A program made the position numbers and the translations under genes. Positions 1-12,499 of a stretch of DNA of 64,000 nucleotides are shown here, piece by piece. The stretch is taken from contig OZ024742.1 of NCBI GenBank assembly GCA_964016885.1, forward strand, positions 362,018,001 to 362,082,000, in the 5' to 3' direction. The DNA is from Eledone cirrhosa (Eukaryota). The notes under the pieces were generated by a model, which was not told where the DNA came from, made no database searches, and was given only the letters and a program-made list of their open reading frames with translations. Every line of letters starts with the position of its first letter. Within the stretch, counting starts at the first letter, position 1.

Positions 1-558
1 TAGCATTTGCATCACCAGTTTGGAACCCCTATCTTGCTCAGAAGATTGACCGCCTGGAAACTGTTCAGAGACGTGCAACCAAGCTAATACCCTCCATCAG
101 GCATCTACCATACTCTGAGTGCCTTGCTTCCCTGGGTAGGGATACATTGAAGCTACAACGCCTGGCAACTGACTTGTTAAACACCCACAAAATTGTTAAC
201 CATCTTGCCAACAACGACCCTGAGTACCTTTTTGATTTCCATGTGTCTAACACACGTGGGCATGCCCACAAAGTAAGAAAACAGTACAATTCCCATGACT
301 CACGCTCAGAGTTGCTGAAGCATGGAACAAACTACCGGCATCAGTTGTTAGCTGTCGAGACATGCATCCTTTAAGGCCTCCATGCTTCCCGAGATTCGCC
401 AACACTACACCTAATGTTCCTCCTCCATACACATACACACATGTATATCATGACTCATACACTATTCACTTCCCTGACATTTGTGTATTATTCTATGTAC
501 TACACATGCACCTCTGACGTGTTGTCGCGCACCTGAGCACTTTACACAATAATTTCAT
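1..558 (+). mobile_element. CR1/L2-type LINE 3' end (degenerate RT C-terminus and 3' UTR)
   Basis: Translation reads FASPVWNPYLAQKIDRLETVQRRATKLIP...TRGH, the typical CR1-clade ORF2 C-terminus. Confidence 0.8.
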
Positions 559-762
559 TATATTTAGACCTCTCCCCCACAGTAGCTCTGCCTAATCTAA
601 TGTATATATCAATATTTAGACATCTTCCCCACTGTAACTCTGCCAAATATAATGTATATCTATATTTAGACCCCCCCCCCCCCACTGTAGCTCTGCCTAA
701 TATAATGTATATATCTATATTTAGACATCTCCCCCACTGTGAACTGCTCTATCTAATCTAAT
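559..762. repeat. Minisatellite, about 52-bp unit x4
   Basis: Unit TATATTTAGACMTCTCCCCCACTGTAGCTCTGCCTAATMTAATG starts at about 559, 612, 661 and 716. Confidence 0.85.
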
Positions 763-2504
763 TAGAGTGTTATTAGAAATAGTTCTGTGTTGGGGTTGTA
801 AAAATCAAATCATGTGAATGCCGCATGCAAGGATGGCATGTTTTATCTACATAAAAAAATTGTAGTATTTTAAAGATATATCTCTTCGTTTCATATTTAC
901 AAGGTTTGTAAGTCAGCTAATTAGCATTGGATCGTGGTTTGGAATAAATGCCTCGTTATTTATCTCGGCTGAATGTGCTCTGAGTTCAACTCCTATCAAG
1001 GTCAACTTTGCCTTATTTGTGGGTCAATTCTTCCTCTTATATCCTGCTATTACTCTCTGTCTCTCTCTCTCTTCTATCTGTGCAAGAAATTGGCGAGTCA
1101 TAGGCTCAGCTAGGTTTTAACATATACAATGTATCACGCGTATCATGGTGACGCAGCTACAACTTCATCTGACGAGAAGGGCCCTTTTCTTTTTTTCATT
1201 TTTGTTGTTGTTTGTGTGTTTCATTATATCTTATTTTACACTTCCACTCAGTGTAATAGTAGATAAAACATTTTTTACCATCCTTGATATATCAGAACCC
1301 CTAGTCACATGATTTGACCCTTAAGTCGTTAAATAGATAAGTACATAAAATTGCACAAAGGTGAGATGCGAACCTAAATCACAGTTTTACTAGGCAACAA
1401 CGTATTTGTTGATCTATATTTAGACTCTCACAGGTTTAAAATACCATGACATACTGTGTCTCAGGACGGCTCCATTACGACTCCACCAGGAGTTAAGTTC
1501 CGTTATGTTTTCCTTATAAGTTTTGGTTTCATCAGTAATTCAAGTGCTCTGAAATATTTCCCCTGCAGCTGTAATAAACCTCTCAATATACAGCCATATA
1601 GATATGGTTTCACATAAAAAAATAAACAAAATCAAAAAGAAAAACAAAAGCAAGCATAAAAAGCAACAAATATACAAATAAAACATTATAAGGAAAAGAA
1701 AGGAGCTGATTGTCAGGTGGGACCAAGAAAATAATATTTGTATTGGGTTTTCTGTTGCTGATACTTTCTGTCGGTCGTAACACCTGGCTAAAGTCATCAC
1801 TTAGAAATAAAGAGGGTCCACTAGTTAGATTGGATGAGGGGACAATATTCCATTCTGATACTATATGCCTGTCCCAATTCCTTGAAAAAGGAGCAACGTA
1901 AAATAAGATATTCTGCTTAAGCATATAATATACCCCACAATCAAGTAATCGAACTCACAAATTTATGATCACGAGTCCAACACTCTAACCACGAGGATAC
2001 GTGGCATGACATATCTGTTTAAAGTGACAATATTAATGGCAATAAAATCGCCAAAGTTATTATCAAGGAATAAAAATGAATGTTTCTTTTTATTTTTTCG
2101 TTTTACAAGTCATAAATTCTAAATGATTTTACATTTTTTTCTCATCCATTTTAACTTATATTAGTATTCTTTTTGTTATTGTTATTGTTGTTCTATTTTT
2201 TTTACTGATAGACTGATACACATCGGCATATTTAATGGACGTACACTCTCATATATATATATATAGCTGGCAGAGAAATATATATAAGGAGGTACTTCTG
2301 TTTAAGAATCGCTAAAGATAAGCAGCATGTACTAAGCGGAGGTAGATTTCTACAATTGATATATATATATATATATAGAAAGAGAGAAAGAGAGAGAGAT
2401 TCCGGTATTCTTGAGAGCTTGAAGTAATATACAATGCTAATGTCTTCAAAAAATTATATTACACACACAATCACACAATCCCACAAATGCGCGCGCGCGC
2501 GCGC

Positions 2505-2551
<47 letters not shown>

Positions 2552-2869
2552 ACACACCACACACCACACACCAAGCCGGGTATGGTATCTTTCATTTCTT
2601 TATTATAAACCTGAATAATACACTCAACGTTATATAATATATACGTAGCTCGATTCCCATATGTTCGTGTTTTACTCTCTTATTTCACATTCGTTAAATA
2701 ATTGTCTCTACTTTTGGCACAAGGCCAGTCATTTTGTGTCATATGGCAGGTGACTGAGCATTCCACAAATAGGCTTACTCATAACGGAATTCTCAGGAAG
2801 ATTAAATGTAACGCTTTGTATGACAAAGCTGGACATTTGAATCACAAGTAGAATCTATCTTGTATTATA

Positions 2870-3080
2870 GATTGGAAGTATTGGTAGAACGTCGGACAAC
2901 ATGCTTTGCAGCATAGAGTTACGGCCCTTTACATTCTGAGTTCAAATCCCACCGAGTTTAGCTTTGCTCTTCATCCTTACGAGATCGTAAAATAAAGTAC
3001 CAGTAACGCACTGCGGTCGATTTTATCGACTTTGCACTCCATCAAAATTGCTGGCCTTGTATCTAAATCAGAAACAACTA
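2870..3080 (+). mobile_element. tRNA-derived SINE family A, diverged copy
   Basis: B-box-like GAGTTCAAATCC, central CTTTCATCCTTACG..ATAAAGTACCAG and tail GCTGGCCTTGT..AGAAACA, shared with the 8385-8567 copy. Confidence 0.8.
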
Positions 3081-3867
3081 TAAGGCAAGTGGCTGAGTAT
3101 TCCACAGATATGCTTACGCATAAAGTAATTCTCAGGGAGATTCAATGTGTATGATAAGGCTGGCTCTTTAAATAACAGGAACAGTCCATCCGATTGGCTT
3201 CCAAACAATTTCTTTCTACCTCATCTCCCTCAGAAAATATGAGTCGACCTAAGGCTGTAGTATGTGACTCTTACCCAAGATGACAAACTCGCCAAGAACT
3301 CAATACATCAAGTTTGTAAAGCGAAACCTCTTAATCTCTCGACTGTAGTGTAATAACCATTATTAGTATTATCCCTAATATCATTACTTTTATAATATTC
3401 CTATAATATGCACATGAGAATATATTTCGAAATCAATCATCTAAATTGGTAATAATGCCGTGCGTTTTCTAAGTATTGATTTCGAGATAGATGATAGTTT
3501 ATGGACGATTGATTTGTATATTAAATCATTGATATTTCCATTTGTTCCTAAGACAATCACCAATATTTCTATTACATCTATCCACTTGAAGCAAAAATCC
3601 AATTCTAGAAAACTCAATTTAAATAAACTGAAGACAAAATATGTTTTCAACAGCATCTAGTTTCATTGTTTTTAGTTGTATACTTTATAGATATTTAATA
3701 TATATTTAATATATACTTTATATATATTTAATATCGACACCATGTCTACTCTTATGCTTCATGACAGTATATATATATATATATATGTATATACACACAC
3801 ACATGCAAACGCCAGGCATACATAGACAAATTGAAACCCCCAAATACATGCATACACACACACACAC

Positions 3868-3915
<48 letters not shown>

Positions 3916-4156
3916 GGAGGTGAGTTTTATTGTAGTACAATAAAGCAATGCAGTAATGCGCATAATAAAATACATGGAACTCTTTTAACCATCTTTTGAT
4001 CTTATATATATATATATATATATATATACTTGTGTATAATGGTAGCTATGGTGCTTCCATAGGCGTTATGCCAAAATTAGCACTCAATATTCAGCAGAGT
4101 AGAGTGTAGATAGTATAAAGAAACGAATTTTTCGTTTTTTATACTATATATATATA

Positions 4157-4212
4157 CCCATGCAAGCGTGGAACACGGACGCTAAACCTGATGATGATGA
4201 TGATGATGATGA
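4157..4212 (+). mobile_element. RTE LINE extreme 3' fragment with (GAT)n tail, inside (TA)n
   Basis: CCCATGCAAGCGTGGAACACGGACG..(GAT)n matches the 3' end of the RTE at 24660-24717. Confidence 0.8.
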
Positions 4213-4518
4213 TATATATAAGTTGTAATAAAATGAAAACGAAATTTCATTTCTCACTCTTAGTACGGCACTTACTTAAATGTAAGTATGTATGTATACG
4301 TACATACATATATGTATACAGACGTACAGTAGCATGCATATATATATATATATATATATATACATACATGTACACATACATATATGTACGTATCAGTTTA
4401 GCGGACGCTTATTATAACAAATTATGCAAATTAGGCTGCAAATTAGGCTGCTCAGCCGTTAATTTTCATAAGGAAAGTATATACTTTCGAACGTTCAACC
4501 ATCTGGCAGAAGGGTATA

Positions 4519-4559
4519 CGGTGCTGATGATAGCTAACAAGCTTGAAACTGGTACATCG
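4519..4559 (+). ncRNA. Minimal type I hammerhead ribozyme
   Basis: cggtg CTGATGA t-agct-aaca-agct-t GAAA ctgg TA catcg; stems I and II pair. Confidence 0.75.
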
Positions 4560-4711
4560 TTCCTGTGTCAGTGTTGAACAAAAAGGTGACGTGGTTGCCT
4601 TAACACCGTACGGCATAAATTCAGGCTGTTCAGTTTGTTTACAAACGAACAAAGCGGGCGTTATAATAAGCGTCCGCTAAACTGTTACGTACATATATGT
4701 ATGTGTACCTG

Positions 4712-4791
<80 letters not shown>

Positions 4792-5024
4792 TGCTACTGT
4801 ACGTCTGTATACATATATGTATGTACGTATACATACATACTTACATTTAAGTAAGTGCCGTACTAAGAGTGAGAAATGAAATTTCGTTTTCATTTTATTA
4901 CAACTTATCGTTCTCGGTACGCCTGGCCGAACTCACTCAATATGCAAATTAGGCTGCTCAGCCGTTAATTTTCATAAGGAAAGTATATACTTTCGAACGT
5001 TCAACCATCTGGCAGAAGGGTATA

Positions 5025-5065
5025 CGGTGCTGATGATAGCTAACAAGCTTGAAACTAGTACATCG
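5025..5065 (+). ncRNA. Minimal type I hammerhead ribozyme
   Basis: cggtg CTGATGA tagctaacaagctt GAAA ctag TA catcg; palindromic CTAG in stem III. Confidence 0.8.
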
Positions 5066-5217
5066 TTCCTGTGTCAGTGTTGAACAAAAAGGTGACATGG
5101 TTGCCTTAACACCGTACGGCATAAATTCAGGCTGTTCAGTTTGTTTACAAACGAACAAAGCGGGCGTTATAATAAGCGTCCGCTAAACTGTTACGTACAT
5201 ATATGTATGTGTACCTG

Positions 5218-5253
<36 letters not shown>

Positions 5254-5304
5254 TGCTACTGTACGTCTGTATACATATATGTATGTACTTATACATACAT
5301 ACTT

Positions 5305-5348
<44 letters not shown>

Positions 5349-5376
5349 GTGGTTACACAACAGTTAGTTTACCATA

Positions 5377-5416
5377 CCGAGAACAATTGTTTCACCTTAG
5401 CGGATCTGCAGCTCGG
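5377..5416 (-). ncRNA. Degenerate minimal hammerhead (one core substitution)
   Basis: Minus strand ccgag CTGCAGA tccgctaaggt GAAA caattg TT ctcgg. Confidence 0.55.
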
Positions 5417-5661
5417 GATGTGCATGGTTATAAGAACATATATATATCTAAACTATTGTAAAAACTTAACAATAACAAAACACTAAATCTATACATAGAT
5501 GTGGATAACGACACGCCTAAAGAAACGCCTATACACACGCTGAAGTACACACACTCATATATTTAAAATATGCATCGATGGATTTGAAATAAAGAGGTGA
5601 GGAGGAGAGGGAAAACTTGCGAATAAAATTATATTGTCTCCTTTTGCCTCACTATGTTCAC

Positions 5662-5731
<70 letters not shown>

Positions 5732-5736
<5 letters not shown>

Positions 5737-6449
5737 GAATAATCGAGTATCGAAAAATCGGCGCACGAGTTCACGATAAACAAAATTCGAAATGAGCGGC
5801 AGAGGGCTCAATAATTCAGATAAATCAGAGCTTTAACTATCGTTAAAATACCGTCACACATAGAACATGTCTATAATCAACCGTACGACCGAAAAATTGC
5901 GATCTGGAAGATTCGGGACACTCAGAAAAAATATCAATAAATCAAATGAATGTAAAAAGCATACCCGGACCCGCTAGAAAGATGGTAAATCTAGCTTCTT
6001 GGGTTTCTGTAAATCCTTAAACTGCCCTCTATCAGCTCACATAAAAATATAAAAGACTTCTAGAGGCCAGCGGACGGGAAATTTACTTCCTCAACGAGCT
6101 TTGTCCGAACGAATGAAAAGGCATAACCCAGGCTGACGAAACGCACATGGAATTCAGCAAGGGAGATAACCTCTATAGCGGCAAAAAATATTCGGGAAAA
6201 TGTGGAAATACACATATCGAATAAGAGTGCTCAATAGACGTGTTAAAATAAACAGGAGCTATTCATCATTTAATAGAATCGACAAAAAATGAACAATAAA
6301 ATTAACTGGTCAATAGCTAGGTCTAGAGCTAAAAATAGTAGAATAATCGAGTATCGAAAAATCGGCGCACGAGTTCACGATAAACAAAATTCGAAATGAG
6401 CGGCAGAGGGCTCAATAATTCAGATAAATCAGAGCTATAACTATCGTTA
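5732..6449. mobile_element. Non-coding element with about 112-bp terminal direct repeats, inserted in (TA)n
   Basis: GTAGAATAATCGAGTATCG...AACTATCGTTA occurs at about 5734-5845 and 6338-6449. Confidence 0.7.
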
Positions 6450-6501
6450 TATATATATATAGTGTGAACATGGTGAGGCAAAAGGAGACAGTATAATTAT
6501 A

Positions 6502-6532
<31 letters not shown>

Positions 6533-6576
6533 GATATATATATACACACACACACACACATATATGTGTAGATGCG

Positions 6577-6639
<63 letters not shown>

Positions 6640-6680
6640 TTACAGCATAGCCGAATGGTTAAGAAGTTGCAATCATTATG

Positions 6681-6855
6681 TGAATTGGCAGTATCGGTAG
6701 AAGGTCGGACATGCTTTCCAGCATAGTTACTTCCCTTTACGATCTGAGTTCAAATCCTGCCGAGGTTAACTTTGCCTTTCATCCTTACGGGGTCGATAAA
6801 ACAAAGTACCAGTAATGTACTAGTAATTGCTGGCCTTGTGCCTAAAATAGAAACA
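6681..6855 (+). mobile_element. SINE family A nested in the tRNA-like head of another SINE
   Basis: Family A body flanked by an ATTATG duplication. The host reads AGCATAGCCGAATGGTTAAG..|..GGTTCGATC. Confidence 0.7.
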
Positions 6856-7846
6856 ATTATGTTCTGGGTTCGATCTTATTTTTGGGGAATATTAATCAAT
6901 CGTTATTTACCATAACTTCGTGTCCATCTGAGCCTTGTGAATGAAATTGGGTAGACAGGTACTGTTTGGAAGCCCGGCCGATGAACTGTAAGTATAATTC
7001 AAAGTGTTAGTTTTGTCGTACTGTGTCACGCTGAATGTCCTTGAGAATGACGTTATGTACACACGTGTCTGTGAGATACTCAACACTGTACATGTTCTAC
7101 ACTAATCAGGTATTGTTATAATGCTGCTGTAGGTAACTTAACAGAGCCTCAATCTTATTTGAATTGAAGAGTTAGAATGGAGTCAGCTTGGAATGGATGG
7201 ACCTCCGTGCTTTCGACGATGAGTGTTCTAGTTGTCAGATTAACGAAACAGCCTGCACATGGAAGTAATGCGTACGTGGCTGAATATTCCACAGACACGT
7301 GTACGTTTAATGTAGTTATCAGTAAGATTCAGCGTGATTCAGTGCCTGACATGACAAGTTTGGTACTTTGAAGAGGCTCAATCCATCCCACGGCCTTTTA
7401 AGAGTTTCCATCAAATACATTTCCCTCTCAGGACTTGGGTCGACCCCAGATTATGGAAAATGACAGTTGTCTAAGATACAGCGCGGTGGGATCGAAACCA
7501 GGTCTAAATGTTGCACACAGCGACTTAGACATTTGGCAATACTGTGTACAATGCTTCAACTTCACTTGACTTGTGATTTAAAACTCCTGGGTAGAACTTT
7601 GTCATAAGGATTGAACTTGTGTTCCGTTTGGAATGTGTTGCAGATCTAAGATGGTGTTTGTTTGGAACTGAACAAGTTTGCTGCTATAACCAACGCTCTG
7701 AGTGGAATTTAGTAGATGGAAACTGTGCAGAAGTCTGTCATCCCCAGCACAACATAAAACATACAATAATCTCTCTCATAGTCACCCTCTCACTATCTCT
7801 CTCCCCCTCCCCCTCTCTTTCTTACACGCAGACACACTCTCTCTCT

Positions 7847-7918
<72 letters not shown>

Positions 7919-8092
7919 TTCAAGAGTAACCAATCTTAAAGAGAGAGATGGAGATAAGAGAGGAGATATGTGATGATAGATTGATGAATTAGTTAAAAGC
8001 CAAAGCGTAAAGGCATGTGCTCAATGTGCAATATGCAGTAGAAAGCAGCTAGGTGGCAGGGTTCATGCAGAAGTTAGGTGCGCAGAGCTGGA

Positions 8093-8845
8093 AATATTCA
8101 TTAGTTAAGCAAAACAAGACCACAAATTTCTCAAGGAAGACATTATTAAAAGATTGTCAACATATTTTAGTTTGATGTAAGGAATGTAGAGAATAATAAT
8201 AATAATATTAATAATAATAATGTCCGTTTACAATTGTTTCACTACTCCATATGATATTTCTGGATTAGATGACTATATATCATAATTGATCTGGTTCAGT
8301 TGAAAATAATTAACATATTTAAAAAACAGAGCGGCTCATCGGAACATTATATTATGTAACATTCTCTCATTATTTTAATTTATAGGCGGTGGATTGCAGT
8401 ATCGGTAGAGAGTCGGGCGCCATGCTTTCCAGCATAGTTACGTCCCTTTACGATCTGAGTTCAAATCCCGCCGAGGTTGACTTTGCCTTTCATCCTTACG
8501 GGGTCGATAAAATAAAGTACCAGTAATGCGCTGGGTAATTGCTGGCCTTGTGCCTAAAGTAGAAACAATTATTTTAATTTATATTCCTTTGAAGTTCCGA
8601 TGAGCCGCTCTGTTTTTTAAATATGTTAATTATTTTCAACTGAACCAGATCAATTATGATATATAGTTATCTGATCCAGAAATATCATATGGAGTAGCGA
8701 AGCAATTGTAAACGGACATTATTATTATTAATATTATTATTATTATTCTCTACATTCCTTACATCAAATTAAAATATGTTGACAATCTTTTAATAATGTC
8801 TTCCTTGTGAAATTTGTGGTCTTGTTTTGCTTTACTAATGAATAT
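8093..8845. repeat. About 250-bp inverted repeat pair (Penelope-type pseudo-LTR arms, each with a long-stem-II HHR)
   Basis: 8093-8345 is the reverse complement of 8594-8845 with few mismatches. The arm reads gtt CCGATGA gccgctct..ggagtagy GAAR caattg TA aac. Confidence 0.85.
8385..8567 (+). mobile_element. Full-length SINE family A with 16-bp target site duplication
   Basis: TSD ATTATTTTAATTTATA at 8369-8384 and 8568-8583; B-box GAGTTCAAATCC. Confidence 0.9.
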
Positions 8846-8928
8846 ATATATATATATATATATATATCCCAAGGCTCTGATACAATCAACACCATAAACA
8901 CAGAGCTGGCATATCTAAGAACTAACTA

Positions 8929-8984
8929 ACTGCCTGATGAGGTCATAGCCATTCAATGGCTATCAACGAAATATATATAGCAGT
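8929..8984 (+). ncRNA. Type I hammerhead ribozyme, intact core
   Basis: actgc CTGATGA ggtc-atagcca-ttcaa-tggctat-caac GAAA tatata TA gcagt. Confidence 0.8.
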
Positions 8985-9054
8985 AAATAAAGGATTATAT
9001 GTGTTCATGCAATTGACTTATGTTTCGTCACTATATATATATATATATATATGA

Positions 9055-9660
9055 TAATAATGGAGCTGCGGCGCTGTAAATGGGTTACATATGAAAAAGT
9101 TTGTCCTCATCGGTGGCCTTCCAACCGTCGTAGGCATTTCGTCGCATTAAAGGCCATATACCTCAGGTTGGTGCGAGCAACGGCTAAAAAAAGTCGTTGG
9201 GACACGTAAATAAAGGGGACGCTAGGGTAAACAAACAAAATGGTTTAAGCAGCAGAAAGTGATGAAGAAAGAAACAAGTCCCAGATTTCTATGAATATAA
9301 ATTCGGTGGAATCGTGAACGAGAGAATAAAGACCATCAAACCTGGTTGAAATGTGAGCAAGGAAGGAATTTCGCACAGGTCTAACGGGAGGAAGAAGGAG
9401 TCCGATCTGCGAATTCGGTAAACATAAGTTCTGTGAAGTCGCAGACAAGAGAGAGAGAAAAAAAATTCATACCGGCTTTGCCAAGTGCCCGCGAGAAAAG
9501 GATTACGGACAGGTCAAACGGGAAGAAAGGGGAGGAGGAGAGGTAGTGACAGAGAGTGAGTGAGTGAAAGGTGAGGAAGAGGCTAACAGAGAGAGAGACT
9601 GCTAGAAAGGGTAAAGACACAAAGAACGAAACAGACTGGTGGCAGCGGAGGAAAAAATAT
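9055..9660 (-). mobile_element. Non-coding repeat carrying the permuted-hammerhead motif (homologous to 20729-21369)
   Basis: Shared blocks with the 20.8-kb copy, e.g. CCTCAGGTTGGTGCGAGCAA and ACAGAGAGTGAGTGAGTG. Confidence 0.65.
9103..9177 (-). ncRNA. Candidate non-circularly permuted hammerhead ribozyme, copy A
   Basis: Minus strand tcgca ccaacc tg aggta TA tggcctt taa tgcga c GAAA tgcct acgac ggttgg aaggcca CCGATGA g; four crossing helices. Confidence 0.6.
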
Positions 9661-9706
9661 ATGTGTAAACTCCCGTTAGACCTGTGCGAAATTCCTTCCT
9701 TGCACT

Positions 9707-10057
9707 GTGTCTACTACTGGCTCCAACAAATCATATATAGGATCTACATCGAACACATTTAAGAAAAGATATTACGCACACTCCAGTAGCTTTAACAATC
9801 CTAAACTAGCTAACACCACATCTTTAGCTGAAGCAGTAAATAACTATAAAAAGAAAAAAATAGATTTCAAGCTATCGTGGGATACCATTCTGCAAAGAAC
9901 TCCATATCTCGGGAACAGGAGAGAATGCAGATTATGTTCCGGGGAGATCTTGGAAATTACTAAATCTAAGGACGATTTATTGAATAAAAGACAGGAACTG
10001 ATTATAGCTTGTAATCACCGTATACGAAAAACATTTAAGTACTATAAACTTAATTAA
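9707..10057 (+). pseudogene. Penelope-like (Naiad-type) GIY-YIG endonuclease C-terminal fragment
   Basis: YIGSTSNTFKKRYYAHSSSF..NTTSLA..W..CRLC..E..LLNKRQE..CNH motif set. Confidence 0.8.
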
Positions 10058-10271
10058 ACATTCTAAATAGCAACTCACTATAATTCTATGTAACGTACCA
10101 TTTGTTAGTATCCCCTTCCCCTAATTATACGCCTTCCTGTTTATTTTTTAATTTTTTAACCTCTTAATTTTTTAGCTTCCATAGATTCATGCGTTACTGA
10201 CTAAGGGCATCAAGGTACATATGTACCTGTAATTGCATGGGTATACATGTATCTATGTATGTATGATAAGC

Positions 10272-10329
<58 letters not shown>

Positions 10330-10397
10330 ATATGTGTATGTGTGCGTATATATGTATGTACATGTATGTGTGTGTACATGTATATATGTATGTATAA

Positions 10398-10461
<64 letters not shown>

Positions 10462-11401
10462 TTGTGTGCGTGTATGTATGTGTATGTATATGTTTATATC
10501 TATGTATGCGTATGTATATTTTTAATGGAGTATCAATGTAAGTATATCTCTATCTATATATGTGAATATATGTACTTTTATAATATATGTAATATATGTG
10601 ATCTAAGAAAATTATGCGTTTTGACTATATGTCAACATGCATTTATCTGAGTTTGATTACTTATACATAGACACACTTAAAAACATTTACTATTTTATAT
10701 TTTATGATGCATCATACGCTATATTATACTATATACAATGTACCATACTGTACTATATTATATTACAATATATTATATTATTATATTATTATATTTTATT
10801 ATCTTATTATAATTTTCATCTTTTAATATACTATATTTCCTTGTTATGACCATTACTTTACCTATCTGTATTTATCCTAGTTATCTCTGTATATTTTATA
10901 TTTACTTATTTATATTCACCTAAAAATTCCATACAACATAACTATCATTTAATTTTTACATTCCTTTTTAAACTTCACTCCACCATCTACATTCCACTAT
11001 CAATATAACAATCCCTTTTTCCTCATAGGTTCTTTATAGTAATTCTATTTTTAACACCATTCAACCATTCCTTTCAAAGGGTCATGACCTCAACTGAAGT
11101 GAGTTATATTTCATCTTAACATCATATGTCAAAAAACCATTTGATTGGTTTGTTCTTCAGCTACCTCCAAATAAGGTCATAGAACTGAATTTACTATTGA
11201 TTTTGAATAAAATTTTCATTGCTTTTGTCAACGGCTGATGATATACATGTAGGTAAATATATTCCTTATCTGATATTTTGTAACTAACCCTACATAGATC
11301 GATAACGCAATATGCGTACGATGTATTATTATCACCTAGAAACGATCGTAAAGAAGTGAAGTATATTTCTAATGACTTGAATTTTTATTTCATTGTTTTT
11401 A

Positions 11402-11456
<55 letters not shown>

Positions 11457-11461
<5 letters not shown>

Positions 11462-12061
11462 ACGTCAAGACGGGCGGTCTCAAAAGTGAAAGTAAATTTA
11501 TTTTCATTTTCGAACGTCGTGTTTACATTTTGTGTGTGTGTTCAAACGAAACATGCTGGCGACGAAGCTTCTTCTTTGCACGGCTCCATGTGTTCTTTAT
11601 GAGCTGTGTGTGCACATCAAGGTCCGCAGGATCTACAAAGTTCCGTTCGTGCACCACAACATCATGAACGTAAATCCCACCTTCAATTTCAGAATAGGAA
11701 GCCCAACCATCAGAGATGATGCGGCTGCCTGGCAAAATCCCTGCTGAATGAGGGACGAGAGTGTCAGAGCTTCGATTTGGGACTTCTGCAAGGCAGCAGC
11801 GTCTAGAATGGCGGACTCACCATTCTGCAAGCCTCATTACAAGATTACTTCGGTATTAAGTACTCTTCTCTCAACCGTCAACTACACACAAACACACATA
11901 TACATATATATATAATCAGTTAAAACGACAGAGGCTCTGATTCTGTCTTTAATCTCAGTAACTAATTTAGATCTAAACACACACACAAAATGTAAACACG
12001 ACGTTCGAAAATGAAAATAAATTTACTTTCACTTTTGAGACCGCCCGTCTTGATATATGCC
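11457..12061 (-). mobile_element. Merlin (IS1016/IS1595-like) DNA transposon, deletion derivative
   Basis: About 85-bp terminal inverted repeats GGCATA..TATGCC (11457-11542 and 11975-12061). Internal ORF IISDGWASY..VVHERNFVDP..HTQLIKNTWSRAK is a Merlin DDE segment. Confidence 0.85.
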
Positions 12062-12064
12062 TAT

Positions 12065-12154
<90 letters not shown>

Positions 12155-12499
12155 TTACATATACAAACATATATATATACACTGACATGCACACACAAAT
12201 AAATACTTAGATATTTACACATACATACACATCCCACACAAACACACATAAACACACATACATACATACATACATACATACCCACATACACACATACACA
12301 TATGCCCACAAACCCCCCACACACACATACACACAAACGAGCATCTACACATATACACACATACATACACACACACATACAACCTTTCTCTAAACTAAAT
12401 CAAATCAAATTTCTTCCTAATTTTTATTAAACTATTTTCATCCATTTCTTCTTTTTTTCTTTTTTCAGATTCATTTATCCTCCATGTTTTTGTTTCCCA

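Larger units (their letters stand above)
4219..5310 (+). mobile_element. Non-coding Penelope-like element: inverted partial repeat plus two tandem pseudo-LTRs, each with an HHR
   Basis: 4219-4418 is the reverse complement of about 4660-4908. Unit 4425-4908 is repeated at 4941-5310. A related copy lies at 17945-18462. Confidence 0.75.

Noticed and set aside
559-762. CRISPR-like array
   Set aside because: Whole units repeat with no unique spacers, the context is eukaryotic, and there are no cas genes.
1165-1195. Hammerhead at CTGACGA-hairpin
   Set aside because: No GAAA or stem III follows.
5960-6080. Hammerhead on the minus strand inside the direct-repeat element
   Set aside because: A GAAA-stem III-TC half is present, but no properly placed CUGANGA and stem I were found.
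8385-8480. tRNA gene
   Set aside because: Only A/B-box-like remnants within a SINE; no cloverleaf.
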